NCBI GenBank assembly: GCA_965261735.1
Contig: OZ253470.1
Coordinates: 4,512,001-4,576,000, forward strand
DNA: 64,000 nucleotides
Direction of reading: 5' to 3'
From: Alphaproteobacteria bacterium
GTDB lineage: Bacteria > Pseudomonadota > Alphaproteobacteria > SHVV01
Both the position numbers and the translations under genes were made by a program. The stretch's first letter is position 1, and the number at the start of each line of letters is the position of its first letter. The notes beneath the pieces are model-generated. The model worked only from the letters and a program-made list of their open reading frames with translations, did no database searches and was not told the DNA's origin. Positions 50,488 to 62,317 of the stretch are shown here, piece after piece.

Positions 50488-51354
50488 ATGGTGGTCAACC
50501 TGGGAGAGTTCCGCGAGCGCCGCTTCGCCGCTTTCGACGACGTTTCGATCTACTTTCGCGACTACGGCGACGCCAACGCCGCCGCCACGCCCGTCGTGTG
50601 CCTCGCCGGACTGGCGCGCAACTCGCACGATTTTCATAGCGTCGCAGCGCGGCTCGGCCGGCACCGTCGGGTGTTGTGCATGGACTATCGCGGCCGCGGG
50701 CGCTCGGCTGACGCCCGCGATCACCACAGCTACCGCCTCGAGACCTATGTGTTCGACACGCTCCACCTCCTGGCCGTAACCGACGTCCATCGCGCCGTCG
50801 TCATCGGCACATCGTTGGGCGGGCTCGTCGCGCTCGACCTGGCCGCAGCCCGGCCGGCAGCGTTGGCGGGCGTGGTCCTCAACGACATCGGGCCCGAGAT
50901 CGACGCCGCTGGGCTCAAACGCATCGCGGACTACGTCGGTGCGTCCACCCGATACGCCGATCGGGAGCAAGCGGTAGCGGCGCTCAGGGACCATTTCGGC
51001 GCGGCCTTTCCGGGCCTCTCCGACGAGCGCTGGCGCGACTTTGCCCGCGGCACCTTCCGCCAGCAGAGCGACGGAACGCTGCGCCCCGACTACGATCCGG
51101 CGATCGTCCGCTCGCTCAAGGCCGCGAGCGCAGCGCCGCCGGACCTGTGGCGGCAGTTCACAGCCCTGCGCCACATCCCCACACTGGCGATGCGGGGCGC
51201 TCATTCGGATATCCTGGGCGCGGCGACGTTCGACAAGATGGCGGCCATGAAGCCCGACCTCGTCCGCGTCACGGTGCCCGAGCGCGGCCACGCGCCGCTG
51301 CTCGACGAGCCCGCCGCCGTCACCGCCCTCGATGCCTTCTTCGCCGACCGATAA
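50488..51354 (+). CDS. Alpha/beta hydrolase
   Basis: GLARN, DYRGRGRS, GTSLGG, NDIGP, GHAPLL. Confidence 0.9.
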   Translation: MVVNLGEFRERRFAAFDDVSIYFRDYGDANAAATPVVCLAGLARNSHDFHSVAARLGRHRRVLCMDYRGRGRSADARDHHSYRLETYVFDTLHLLAVTDVHRAVVIGTSLGGLVALDLAAARPAALAGVVLNDIGPEIDAAGLKRIADYVGASTRYADREQAVAALRDHFGAAFPGLSDERWRDFARGTFRQQSDGTLRPDYDPAIVRSLKAASAAPPDLWRQFTALRHIPTLAMRGAHSDILGAATFDKMAAMKPDLVRVTVPERGHAPLLDEPAAVTALDAFFADR

Positions 51355-52345
51355 CGCGGGGCCGCCGGCGGCGGAGCCCGGCTACGGCTCGATCGTCGGC
51401 GCGGCGCAACGCCTCGACGGCGTCGCGGTCGTGACGCCGCTCCTCGAGTCGCCGGCCCTCAACGAGCTCTGCGGCGGCCGCGTCCTCGTCAAGGCGGAGA
51501 TGTTGCAGCGCACTGGCTCCTTCAAGTTCCGCGGCGCCTACAATCGCCTGTCGCAGCTCGACGCGACCGAGCGCGCACCCGGCGTCGTCGCCTACTCGTC
51601 CGGCAACCACGGCCAGGGGGTGGCGCTAGCCGCGCGGCTGCTCGGTCTCGCCGCAACCATCTTCATGCCAGCCTCGGCGCCCGCCATCAAGCAGGACGCG
51701 ACCCGCCGGCACGGTGCCGATGTCATCCTGGACGACGGCGGCCGGGCCGCGCTCGAGGCGGCGGCCGAGCGCCTCGCCGAGGAACGTGGCGCGACTCTCG
51801 TACGCCCGTTCGACGATCCCGAAATCATCGCCGGCCAGGGCACCGTGGGACGGGAAATCGCGGCCCAAGCCAAGGCCCTGGGCGTGGTCCCCGAAGTGGT
51901 CCTCGTCCCGTGCTCGGGCGGCGGCCTCGCCGCCGGCACGGCCGCCGCGCTCGCCCGCGAGTTGCCCGGCACCGGCGTCGTTGCGGTCGAGCCCGAGGGC
52001 TACGACGACACGCGGCGCTCGCTCGCCGCGGGCGAGCGCCTGAGCAACCCCCCAAGCGCGCGCTCGATGTGCGATGCGCTGCTGGTACCTATCCCCGGTG
52101 CGCTCACCTTTCCGATCAATGCGCGCCTGCTCGCGGGCGCCGTCGCGGTCGCCGAGGGCGACACGGCCGCGGCGATGGTGGCCCTCTTCCTTCACCTCAA
52201 GCTGGTCGCGGAGCCGAGTGGCGCGATCGCGCTGGGGGCCTGCCTCGACCCCGCCGAACACCACGGCGTGCGCGTCGTGGTGGCCTCGGGCGGCAACGTC
52301 GATGCGGCACTGTTCACCGAGGTGCTCGGGCGCGAGGGCCCTTGA
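51332..52345 (+). CDS. PLP-dependent threonine/serine dehydratase or racemase
   Basis: LQRTGSFKFRGA, SSGNHGQ, AGQGT, GGGL, EPSGA, SGGNVD. Confidence 0.9.
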   Translation: MPSSPTDNAGPPAAEPGYGSIVGAAQRLDGVAVVTPLLESPALNELCGGRVLVKAEMLQRTGSFKFRGAYNRLSQLDATERAPGVVAYSSGNHGQGVALAARLLGLAATIFMPASAPAIKQDATRRHGADVILDDGGRAALEAAAERLAEERGATLVRPFDDPEIIAGQGTVGREIAAQAKALGVVPEVVLVPCSGGGLAAGTAAALARELPGTGVVAVEPEGYDDTRRSLAAGERLSNPPSARSMCDALLVPIPGALTFPINARLLAGAVAVAEGDTAAAMVALFLHLKLVAEPSGAIALGACLDPAEHHGVRVVVASGGNVDAALFTEVLGREGP

Positions 52346-52413
52346 CGAGCGGCGGTTTCACGGCGGCGTGCGCGAGGCTATAGTGGGGCCCACAAGGAGA
52401 GGGGAAGATCATC

Positions 52414-52875
52414 ATGGCTGGTTTCAAGGTGGTGAAGACCGAGCACACCGGGATCACCGTTTCCAACCTCGAGCGCAGCGTGCGCATGTTCCGGGACGTT
52501 CTCGGCTTCAAGGTTCTCTCCCAGGAGAGCGAACCCGGCCACGCGGACCACGTACGCACGCTATCGAATCTCAAGAACGCGCCGGTGAAGCTCGCCTTCG
52601 TCAAGGCACCCGGCGGGCACGTGCTGGAACTGATCGAGTATCACGGCCCGAAGAGCAAATCGAAGGTCAAGGCGCGTCCATGCGATACCGGCTATTTGCA
52701 TCTCGCGCTCGGCGTCGACAATTTGACGGCCGCGATCAAGGCCGCGGACAAGGCCGGGCTCAAGGTCATGAACGAGGTCGTGCGCGTCAAAGAGGGTGCG
52801 GCCAAGGGCGCCAAGGCCGCGTACCTGCGCGATCGCGACGGCATCATCGTGGAGATGATCCAGCGCCCCAAGTGA
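52414..52875 (+). CDS. VOC (glyoxalase) family protein
   Basis: HTGITVSNLERS, LELIEY, HLAL.VD, RDRDGIIVE. Confidence 0.85.
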   Translation: MAGFKVVKTEHTGITVSNLERSVRMFRDVLGFKVLSQESEPGHADHVRTLSNLKNAPVKLAFVKAPGGHVLELIEYHGPKSKSKVKARPCDTGYLHLALGVDNLTAAIKAADKAGLKVMNEVVRVKEGAAKGAKAAYLRDRDGIIVEMIQRPK

Positions 52876-53148
52876 GCCGACCGGAAGCGAGGCTCGAGCC
52901 TCGCCGGAACGAGTTCGTAGCGCGATGAGCGGAGCCTCCCTCGCGAACGAGACGGCAGTTCGCCGGACCTGTCGTGGTGGGACGGCCTGCTCGGTACCCA
53001 CGGCGATCCGGCCGGGCGCCGACCACGAAGGCATGACCATCGGCATCGAAGGCTTCGGCGCACCGGCGGCGCTCCATCTCGGGCCGTCGCTCGTTCAGCC
53101 GTCCGCGGGCGCACGCGGAAACTATCCCCTGAACCGGCGCGACCCCTC

Positions 53149-53814
53149 ATGAGGCGGCCCGCGAACTGGCTGCGCCTCGCCATCGCGGTGGCCCTCGCCG
53201 GCGCGATCATCTGGGTGCTCACCGGCAACACCGAGATCGACCCCGCCGCCATCGAGCGCCGCGTCGAGGCTCTCGGTGTGTGGGCCCCGGTGGGCTTCGT
53301 CGCCTTCTACGGGGTAGCGGCGGTGCTGTTTCTGCCGGGCCTCGTCATGGCATTGGCCGGCGGCGCCCTGTTCGGCCCGGTGTGGGGCGTCGTCTACAAC
53401 GCCGCCGGCGCCATCGTGGGTGCCACGCTCGCCTTCCTCGTGGCGCGCTACCTCGCCGGCGACTGGGTGCGCCGCCTCACGCACGGCTGGCTGCGCCAGA
53501 TCATCAACGGGGTCGATGCGGAGGGTTGGCGCTTCGTCGCCTTCGTGCGCCTGGTGCCGCTGTTTCCCTTCAACCTGCTCAACTACGCGCTCGGCCTCAC
53601 CGGCATCCCCTTGCGCGCTTACGTGCTCGCGTCGCTCGTGTGCATGCTGCCCGGCACGATCGCCTTTACCTGGCTCGGCTACGCCGGGCGCGAGGCGGCA
53701 GTCGGCGGCAGAGACCTGGAAGACCTGATCTGGTACGGGCTGATCGCGCTCGGCCTCATCGCCCTCGTCGCCCTCCTGCCACGCCTGGTACGCCGCATCC
53801 GCACCCGCCGCTGA
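53149..53814 (+). CDS. TVP38/TMEM64 (DedA-like) membrane protein
   Basis: LFLPG..AGGALFG, RLVPLFPFNLLNYALG. Confidence 0.9.
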   Translation: MRRPANWLRLAIAVALAGAIIWVLTGNTEIDPAAIERRVEALGVWAPVGFVAFYGVAAVLFLPGLVMALAGGALFGPVWGVVYNAAGAIVGATLAFLVARYLAGDWVRRLTHGWLRQIINGVDAEGWRFVAFVRLVPLFPFNLLNYALGLTGIPLRAYVLASLVCMLPGTIAFTWLGYAGREAAVGGRDLEDLIWYGLIALGLIALVALLPRLVRRIRTRR

Positions 53815-53915
53815 GCCCGCGGGCGGGGCTTGAGGCCCCGGCCCGCACGGGAGCAACCTCCGGCAGCATCTCGCCACTCCCTTTTGCCTCTTTGCAATAC
53901 GAAACGAAGTATATC

Positions 53916-53945
53916 TTGACATATAACGATTCAAAAAAGTACCAC
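53916..53945 (+). promoter_or_regulatory. Possible sigma70 promoter in an AT-rich patch upstream of the lysozyme-like gene
   Basis: TTGACA at 53916-53921; only a weak -10 match. Confidence 0.3.
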
Positions 53946-53988
53946 TCCATACCATACGCACCACCCAGCAGGAAAGGCGATACGTCAG

Positions 53989-54666
53989 ATGAAAGAGGAA
54001 TCGGCCCCTCGCCTGGACGGTCGAGGACGACACGGTCTACCAGCACCTACACAAACATGAGGGCTGGGTGTCGCACATGTATCTCGACACCGAGGGCAAG
54101 GTCACCGTCGGCATGGGTCACCAGATTGCCGAGGAAGCGGATGTCGTGGCGCTGCCCTTCCATCGGCGCATCCCGATGGGCGAGATGAAGCCGCTGGTGT
54201 ACGCGGACGCCGACGACAAGCGGCGGGCCTGGCGCGCCGTTCGCGAGCGGCAGGACCTCAAGGGAAGTGACCACACCAAGTTCAAGGAACTGACGCGCCT
54301 CGACCTGTCGGACGGCGAGATTTGGACACTAGCGATGAACGATATCGAGGAGGTCGGCAAGCAGCTGCGACACTCCGGGCGTTTCGCCAAGATGTCCACC
54401 TACCCGCGTGCAGCCCAGCTTGGCCTGTACAACATGGGGTACAATCTGGGCGTGCACCAGCTTGTCGACGAGTTCGTGAAATTCACCCCCGCCGTGCAGC
54501 ACCGCGACTGGAAGGTGGCAGCGGCGGAATCACACCGCCTACAGCCGAGCGAGGAGCGCACCAGGCGGTGCGCGAGATGTTCGAGAAGGCGCTGAAGCAG
54601 GAGCCGTTCTTCGTCCACCCGACGTGCAAGAAGCCCCTGAAGACGCTGCACAGCCGCGGGCGCTAG
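53989..54666 (+). pseudogene. Phage-type lysozyme (T4/GH24-like) gene with two frameshifts
   Basis: HEGWVSHMYLDTEGKVTVGMGH (E-x8-D-x5-T), NMGYNLG; ATG 53989 is out of frame with the catalytic segment; second shift near 54560. Confidence 0.7.
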
Positions 54667-54902
54667 TAATAGCCCAGGACTTCGGCGTCCAGACACGACT
54701 TGCCGCTGTCGCCGCGATAGCCGTAAGCGTCGATGACGCGGAGCACCGCGCCCTCGACGAGCAGATGCGGGCCAAGACAACAAGCCTGCGCGCGGACCTC
54801 GATCTCGACCGGCTCGCCGGGTAGCCCGCCTCCGCTCCTCCGAAACGCGCCTCCGGACCGCGCGTTCCGCTATAGTTGGCGGGTTTCGAGGACTAGCTCG
54901 CC

Positions 54903-56360
<1,458 letters not shown>

Positions 56361-56369
56361 GCCCGCGCC

Positions 56370-58292
56370 ATGATCATCGCCACCGCCGGTCACATCGACC
56401 ACGGCAAGACGCTGTTGATCAAGGCCCTGACCGGGATCGATACCGATCGCCTGCCGGAGGAAAAACGGCGCGAGATGACGATCGATCTCGGCTTCGCCTA
56501 CCTCCCGCTCGCCGGCGATCGCTCGATCGCGTTTATCGACGTGCCCGGGCACGAGCGCTTCATCCGCAACATGCTGTGCGGCGTTGCGGCGATCGACTTC
56601 GTTCTGCTGGTGGTCGCCGCTGACGACGGGCCGATGCCACAGACCGAGGAGCATCTCGCCATCCTCGACCTGCTGGGGGTCGAGCGCGGCGCCGTCGCGC
56701 TGACCAAAACCGACCGCGTCGATCAGGCCCGCATCGCCGTCGTGAGCGACGCTATTCTCAACCGCCTCGGGCGCACCACCCTGGCGCAAGCCCCGGTGTT
56801 CGCCGTCTCGGCAGCCACCGGTGCCAGCGTCGAGGCGCTCAAGGCGCACCTCATGGCGATCGCCTCCGAGTGGCAGGCTCGGAAGGTCGAGGGCCGCTTC
56901 CGGCTCGCCGTCGATCGCTGCTTTCACGTTGTCGGTGCCGGCGTCGTGGCCACCGGCACCGCGTTCGCGGGCGCACTCACGGTCGGCGATGAGGTTCGCC
57001 TACTATCGAGCGAGCGCACGCTCCGCGTTCGCGGTATCCACGCCAACAACCGTCGGGCCGAGACGTGCCAAGCCGGGCAACGCTGCGCTCTCAACCTGTC
57101 GGGCCCGGGGTTGTCGAAGGACGCCGTCAGCAGGGGCGACTGGATCGTCGCCGGCGCCGCGGCGCCTCCGATGCGCAAGATCGACGCCACACTTCGGGTC
57201 ATCGCCGGGGAGCGTCGGCCCCTCGCCCATTGGACGCCGGTACACGTGCACCTCGCGGCCGCCGAGGCCACGGGCCGCATCGCCCTTCTCGAGGGCCGCG
57301 CCCTCGCGCCCGGCCAGTCCGGCCTCATTCAGCTCCGCCTCGACCGCGCCATCGGGGCCTGTCACGGCGACCGCCTGATCGTGCGCGATCAATCGGCGCG
57401 CCGGACGATTGGCGGCGGCAGGGTGGTGGACATCTTCCCGCCCGCGCGAGGACGCGCGAGGCCCGGCCGGCTGGCGGCGCTCGCGGTCATGGAGGCGGCG
57501 GACCCGGGGGCCGCGCTCGCCGGCCTGCTTGCACTGGAGGCGCAGGGCGTCGACCTGGCGTACTTCGAGGCCGCCCGCAACTTGACACCGGATGAGGCGG
57601 CGGCGCTCTACGTCCGTATCCCGTGCCACCGAATCGAAGCCGGGCGGGCGCACCGCGGCTTCGCGCCCGACCACTGGAAGCGATTGCGCCAGGGCGCCCT
57701 CGACCTGGTCGCGCGCCACCACAGCGAGTCGCCGGCCAGTCGGGGCCTCGCGCCCGTCCGCTTGGTGACGAAAGCGCTGCAGCGGCTCGCGCCGGAAACG
57801 GGCCCGGCCCTCGCGGACGAGCTTGTGGCGCAGGGCGAGCTCGTCCGCGAGGGCGCCCTACTGCGGCTTCCGACCCACCAGCAGGCGGTCGACCCGGCCG
57901 AAGCGGCCTTGTGGGAACGCGTCGCCTCGTGCCTCGATGCGGCGGGCCTCGGGCCGCCGACCGTGCACGACCTCGCGGCGGCGCTCGGCGAAGAACCGGC
58001 AAAACTCGAGCGCCTTCTCGGCCGCGGTGGGCGCAAGGCGGTCGCGATCCGCGTCGGTACCAACCGCTTCTTTCGACCTGCCGCGCTTCAACAGCTCGGC
58101 GTGATCGCGGAAACGCTGGCGGCCGAGGCACCGGACGGCCTCTTCACCGCGAGGGTCTTCCGCGACCGCGCCAAGATCGGGCGCAACCTGACGATCGAGG
58201 TGCTCGAATATTTCGATGGCAGGAGGTTTACGCGGCGCGTCGGCGACGCGCGCAAGGTCCTACGCCCCCTCGGCGACCTCTTTTCAGGATGA
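56370..58292 (+). CDS. selB: Selenocysteine-specific elongation factor
   Basis: [38 protein letters not shown]; C-terminal winged helix LEYFD..FTRR. Confidence 0.96.
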   Translation: MIIATAGHIDHGKTLLIKALTGIDTDRLPEEKRREMTIDLGFAYLPLAGDRSIAFIDVPGHERFIRNMLCGVAAIDFVLLVVAADDGPMPQTEEHLAILDLLGVERGAVALTKTDRVDQARIAVVSDAILNRLGRTTLAQAPVFAVSAATGASVEALKAHLMAIASEWQARKVEGRFRLAVDRCFHVVGAGVVATGTAFAGALTVGDEVRLLSSERTLRVRGIHANNRRAETCQAGQRCALNLSGPGLSKDAVSRGDWIVAGAAAPPMRKIDATLRVIAGERRPLAHWTPVHVHLAAAEATGRIALLEGRALAPGQSGLIQLRLDRAIGACHGDRLIVRDQSARRTIGGGRVVDIFPPARGRARPGRLAALAVMEAADPGAALAGLLALEAQGVDLAYFEAARNLTPDEAAALYVRIPCHRIEAGRAHRGFAPDHWKRLRQGALDLVARHHSESPASRGLAPVRLVTKALQRLAPETGPALADELVAQGELVREGALLRLPTHQQAVDPAEAALWERVASCLDAAGLGPPTVHDLAAALGEEPAKLERLLGRGGRKAVAIRVGTNRFFRPAALQQLGVIAETLAAEAPDGLFTARVFRDRAKIGRNLTIEVLEYFDGRRFTRRVGDARKVLRPLGDLFSG

Positions 58293-59509
58293 CCGAGGGA
58301 AAGGAACCGCCGCGCGCCGGCACGCGCTGGAGCGTCGTGGCGCTGGCGATATTCGCCGGTATTTTCGCCGCCATGCAGATCGGCAAGGTACCGCCGGCGA
58401 TGCCGGTGCTTGGCACGAGCCTAACCATGGGGCTGGCTGCGGTCGGATGGATCGCCTCCATCTTCAACGCCATCGGCGCGATCCTCGGGGTTCCGGCCGG
58501 CGCGCTGAGCGATGGACTGGGGCATCGCCGCGTACTCATGGCGAGCCTCGCGTTCATCGCGCTGGGAAGCCTGCTCGGCGGCCTGAGCGATGCCTTCGCG
58601 CCGCTGCTGTTGACCCGCCTGATCGAGGGTATCGGCTATCTCGGCATTATCGTGTCCGCACCCTCGCTGATTATCGAGGCCGCATTACCCAAGGATCACG
58701 CGCTCGCGCTGGGACTGTGGAGCACCTTCCTGCCGACGGGCTTCGCTCTCATGGTGGTGATCGCGCCGGCGTTCATCGAGACGGTGGGCTGGCCCGGCTT
58801 GTGGTTCCTGAACGCGGGCCTGATGGGCGCCTACCTGGTGCTCTTCTCGCTCGCCACGCGCAACGCGGCGGACCTACCCAATGCGCGCCCCGAGCCGCCG
58901 ACGGTCCGGCTCGGCCCCGCGTTCCGCGTCGCCACGCTGAAGGGGCCGCTGGTGCTGGCCCTGATCTTTGTCGCCTACGCGCTGCAGTGGTCCGGCCTCA
59001 GCAACTGGATGCCGACCTTTTTCGCGGCACAGGGCTATGGCCTCGGCCTCGCCGCGTTGCTCAGCGCGCTGGTCATCTTTATGAACGCGCCGGGAAACCT
59101 ACTGGGCGCCTGGCTGCTGCACCGTGGGGTATCGCGCTCGATCCTGGTCTCGGCGGGCACGCTGGCGATGGGAATCCTGGCCCTCGGGGTCTTTGGCGAT
59201 GCCGTGCCGGGCGTGGTCAAGTTTTGGCTCGCGCTCGCCTTCTCGCTGCTCGGCGGCGTCGTTCCGCCGGCCGTCGTCGGCGCCGTGCCGAGCCAAGCGC
59301 CGAGCCCGTCGCAGGTCGGCGCAGTCAATGGTCTGGTGATGCAGGGCAACAACATCGGCTTTCTGCTTGGGGCTCCGCTCGTCGGCGCCACGGTCACCCT
59401 CACGGGCGGCTGGCAGGCGACGGGATGGCTGGTGCTGCTGGTGGGCACCTGCGGGTTTCTCCTGGGGCTCGTGTTCAGGCGAATCGACAGGACGCTACCC
59501 ACGGCCTGA
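58289..59509 (+). CDS. MFS transporter (CynX/NimT-like)
   Basis: About 12 hydrophobic segments, GALSDGLGHRR loop motif; ATGA overlap with selB. Confidence 0.85.
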   Translation: MTEGKEPPRAGTRWSVVALAIFAGIFAAMQIGKVPPAMPVLGTSLTMGLAAVGWIASIFNAIGAILGVPAGALSDGLGHRRVLMASLAFIALGSLLGGLSDAFAPLLLTRLIEGIGYLGIIVSAPSLIIEAALPKDHALALGLWSTFLPTGFALMVVIAPAFIETVGWPGLWFLNAGLMGAYLVLFSLATRNAADLPNARPEPPTVRLGPAFRVATLKGPLVLALIFVAYALQWSGLSNWMPTFFAAQGYGLGLAALLSALVIFMNAPGNLLGAWLLHRGVSRSILVSAGTLAMGILALGVFGDAVPGVVKFWLALAFSLLGGVVPPAVVGAVPSQAPSPSQVGAVNGLVMQGNNIGFLLGAPLVGATVTLTGGWQATGWLVLLVGTCGFLLGLVFRRIDRTLPTA

Positions 59510-59535
59510 GCCGGACGGGGTTCCGCGCGGGTGCG

Positions 59536-60489
59536 ATGGTGGTGCAGGAAGTGAGAGCCGGCGCGGCTCCGGCCTATTTCAGGCCCCGGCGCCTGGGGCA
59601 TGCCAATCTGTGGGTCGACGACCTCAAGAAGTCCCAAGCCTTCTACAACAGAGTGTGCGGCTTCACGGTCGAGTTTTGGGAACCCGATCTGGTCGCGACC
59701 TTTCTTGGCACGGGCAACACGCCGCACGATATCGGCATGATCGAGACCACCGGCGGCAAGGCCCGCTACGGTCGCGACGGCCTATTGCAGATTCCCGAGG
59801 GCGTTGGGGTGAGCCGTGGGCTCGGCCATTTGGCGTGGGAGCTCGACAACGAGGCCGACCTCGTCGAGGCCTACAAGAGGGCCGAAGCGGACGGGATCGA
59901 GACTGACATGACGGTCGACCACCAGGTAGCCCACAGCGTCTACATGTTCGACCCCGACATGAACTACATCGAGTTCTACTGCGATACGGTGCGCGAGTGG
60001 CGCACGGTGATCCAGGGCGAGATGGCGCTCATCACCGGGCAGTGGACGCCCGGCGAAACCGAGCCTTTCACGGAGTCACGCTGCGAGACGGACCCCGAAC
60101 TCCGGGTCGTCGATGAGGCCCTTATCCACCCGCGGCGGATCACCCACACCGTACTCCTGACCGACGATGTCGAGCGGCTCGCGGCCTTCTACAGCAATGT
60201 CCACGCCGGCTATCGATACCACTTGGCGATCAGCAAGACGGGCGCCGGTGCGAGCGCGGGATACCACCACGCCGCCTTCGAGCTCGCCGAAGAGGTGGCG
60301 GTCGAGGCCGCGGAGCGGAGGTGCCGCGACGCCGGTATCGAGGTCGAGAAGACCATCGATCATCCCTCGAAGCGGAGCTTTTTTGTGATCGATCCGGACG
60401 GCCTGCGGAGCGAATACTACGTCCGCCGCAGCGACGCGTTCTCCGATCTCACCGAGGCGGCACCGGAGTTGCGCGCGTTTCTGGTCTAG
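59536..60489 (+). CDS. Two-domain VOC protein (extradiol dioxygenase-like)
   Basis: RRLGHANLWV, HDIG, GLGHLAWE, SVYMFDPDMNYIEFY; second domain looks shortened. Confidence 0.8.
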   Translation: MVVQEVRAGAAPAYFRPRRLGHANLWVDDLKKSQAFYNRVCGFTVEFWEPDLVATFLGTGNTPHDIGMIETTGGKARYGRDGLLQIPEGVGVSRGLGHLAWELDNEADLVEAYKRAEADGIETDMTVDHQVAHSVYMFDPDMNYIEFYCDTVREWRTVIQGEMALITGQWTPGETEPFTESRCETDPELRVVDEALIHPRRITHTVLLTDDVERLAAFYSNVHAGYRYHLAISKTGAGASAGYHHAAFELAEEVAVEAAERRCRDAGIEVEKTIDHPSKRSFFVIDPDGLRSEYYVRRSDAFSDLTEAAPELRAFLV

Positions 60490-61862
60490 CAGGCTGCTGA
60501 AAAAGTCATCATTGCCGGGCCTTGAACTCGGATTCATCGCCGAAATGAAATGAGATTTCGTGTCTTAGGGTGAAACCGTCTTCAATCTCGACCGATCCGA
60601 TGCCCTGGGCTTCGTCCAGTTCGATGATCTGCCACTTTGCGGTCAGCGGCGTGCCGGCATCGCCCGTCATGTTGGCGCCTCCGCCAGCAGTCTGGGTAGT
60701 CGGACGAGGTTGTAGGCGGCCAAGGCCAGGGTGAACGAAGCGTCGACCCGGTGGCGGCCCCGGAATTTGGTCTTGCTCAATCCCGCGCTCGTCTTGACCC
60801 AGCCGAAGACCTCCTCGATGCGCTTGCGGCAACGTTGGCTGACGCCGTAACCGGGATGGCGCGTCGTGCGCCCGTCTATCTTGGTCTTGCGCCGCTTGCC
60901 GGTCTTGGTGACGTGGTCCTGGACGGCGATATGGGGGGTCACCTTGCGGTGCCGCAGTTCCTCGACAAAATCCGCGACGTCAAAACCCTTGTCCCCGCCC
61001 ACCGTGATCCGACGCCGCCCGCCTCTACTCTCCACCGGGCGATGCCTGTCGATCAGATCAAGGGCGGCTTCGCGTTCCGCCGTGCCCGACGCAATGGTCA
61101 CGCCGCCGCCGACTGCCAGACCATGGCGGTTCTCCGTCAGCGCATGGCCCATGTAACACAGCTTGCTTTCCCGGCCATTACCCTTGCGATAAAGCCGGGC
61201 GTCCGGATCAGTGGTGCTTGCATGGGTCGCGTTCGAGCGTTTCTCGCCATGAAAATCCCGCGCGGCGTTGCGCCCCGATCCCCCGTCGCCATCGTCCTCA
61301 CCTTTGGGACGAAAGCTCTTCATCGACGCCCAGGCCTCGATCAATGTTCCGTCTACCGAAAAATGATCCCGGCTCAATAGTCCCCCTACCTTGTGGTGCT
61401 GGATAACCCCCGCAAGCAGCTGCCCCGAAACCTCCGCCTCCAGAAGACGGTCCCGGTTGTGGCAGAACGCGCTGGCGTCCCACACGCCATCGTCCAGCCC
61501 AAGCCCCACAAACCAGCAAAACAGCATGTTGAAGTTTAGCTGCTCCATCAGCTGACGCTCCGAGCGGATCGAATAAAACGCTTGCAACAGTAACGCTCGA
61601 AGAAGCCTCTCCGGCGGGATCGATGGGCGACCCATGTGGGAATAAAGCGTCTCGAACTCCGAAGATAGAGACCCCAATACGTCGTTCACGATCTCACGGA
61701 TCAGACGCAGCGGATGATCATCCGGAACACGCTCTTCCAAGTCTACGTAGCTGAATAAATTGCCACTGCTTTGATCTCGACCCCGCATGCCATCCTCCAT
61801 CACTCGAAGGAATCACAGAATCATGTCACAACTGCAAAGGCGAGGACTTTTTCAGCAGCCTG
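60490..61862 (-). mobile_element. IS5-family element with CTAG duplication
   Basis: 18-bp perfect IR CAGGCTGCTGAAAAAGTC / GACTTTTTCAGCAGCCTG; CTAG at 60486-60489 and 61863-61866. Confidence 0.93.
60667..61788 (-). CDS. IS5-family transposase
   Basis: GRPSIPPERLL, SVDGTLI, GDKGFD, RKRIEEVFGW. Confidence 0.93.
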   Translation of the reverse strand: MRGRDQSSGNLFSYVDLEERVPDDHPLRLIREIVNDVLGSLSSEFETLYSHMGRPSIPPERLLRALLLQAFYSIRSERQLMEQLNFNMLFCWFVGLGLDDGVWDASAFCHNRDRLLEAEVSGQLLAGVIQHHKVGGLLSRDHFSVDGTLIEAWASMKSFRPKGEDDGDGGSGRNAARDFHGEKRSNATHASTTDPDARLYRKGNGRESKLCYMGHALTENRHGLAVGGGVTIASGTAEREAALDLIDRHRPVESRGGRRRITVGGDKGFDVADFVEELRHRKVTPHIAVQDHVTKTGKRRKTKIDGRTTRHPGYGVSQRCRKRIEEVFGWVKTSAGLSKTKFRGRHRVDASFTLALAAYNLVRLPRLLAEAPT

Positions 61863-61886
61863 CTAGTCCATGTAAGAGGAGCCGGG

Positions 61887-62317
61887 ATGGGCAACATCAA
61901 TCTCACACGGGTGATTTTGGGAGGCCTCCTCGCGGGCCTCGTGCTCAACATCGGCGAGTAATCTCTTGAACGAGCTCGTTCTCGGTGAGCAGTGGGCTGC
62001 CTTCAACGCGGAAAACGGAATGGGCGAGTTCAGCGCCGGGCAAGCCGCATCGTTCGCCATCATCACGCTCCTGTTCGGAGTCGTTCTGATTTGGATCTAT
62101 GCGGCGATAAGACCGCGTTTCGGGGCAGGACCGAGAACGGCAGTCGTCGCCGGGCTCACTGTGAGCCATCGGCTGGCTGCTGGTCGGTACCTCTTTCATC
62201 GGCACCGGCATTTTTCCGATGAGAATGATGGTGGCTTCGATCGCCTGGGGGCTGATTGAAGTGCCGATGGCCGCCATTGCCGGCGCCTGGTTGTACCAGG
62301 AGGGCGAACCCGCCTAG
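61887..62317 (+). pseudogene. Small membrane protein gene with two frameshifts
   Basis: MGNINLTRVILGGLLAG..., YAAIRPRFGAGPRTA and ...AGAWLYQE fall in different frames; AGGAG RBS. Confidence 0.65.

Noticed and set aside
52887-52904. Perfect 18-bp palindrome GCGAGGCTCGAGCCTCGC
   Set aside because: Directly after the VOC stop; most simply an ordinary 3' hairpin; single copy in the window.
53812-53860. UGA read-through with SECIS-like hairpin after the TVP38 gene
   Set aside because: The protein is already full length, the extension looks non-coding and the hairpin fits an ordinary 3' structure.
52876-54902. tRNA-Sec (selC) near selA
   Set aside because: No cloverleaf with TCA anticodon and CCA end recognised by eye; not excluded elsewhere in the genome.
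57623-60489. Long ORFs 57623..59509 and 58216..60489 as fusion proteins
   Set aside because: N-terminal parts are off-frame shadows of selB and the MFS gene in GC-rich DNA; true starts are 58289 and 59536.
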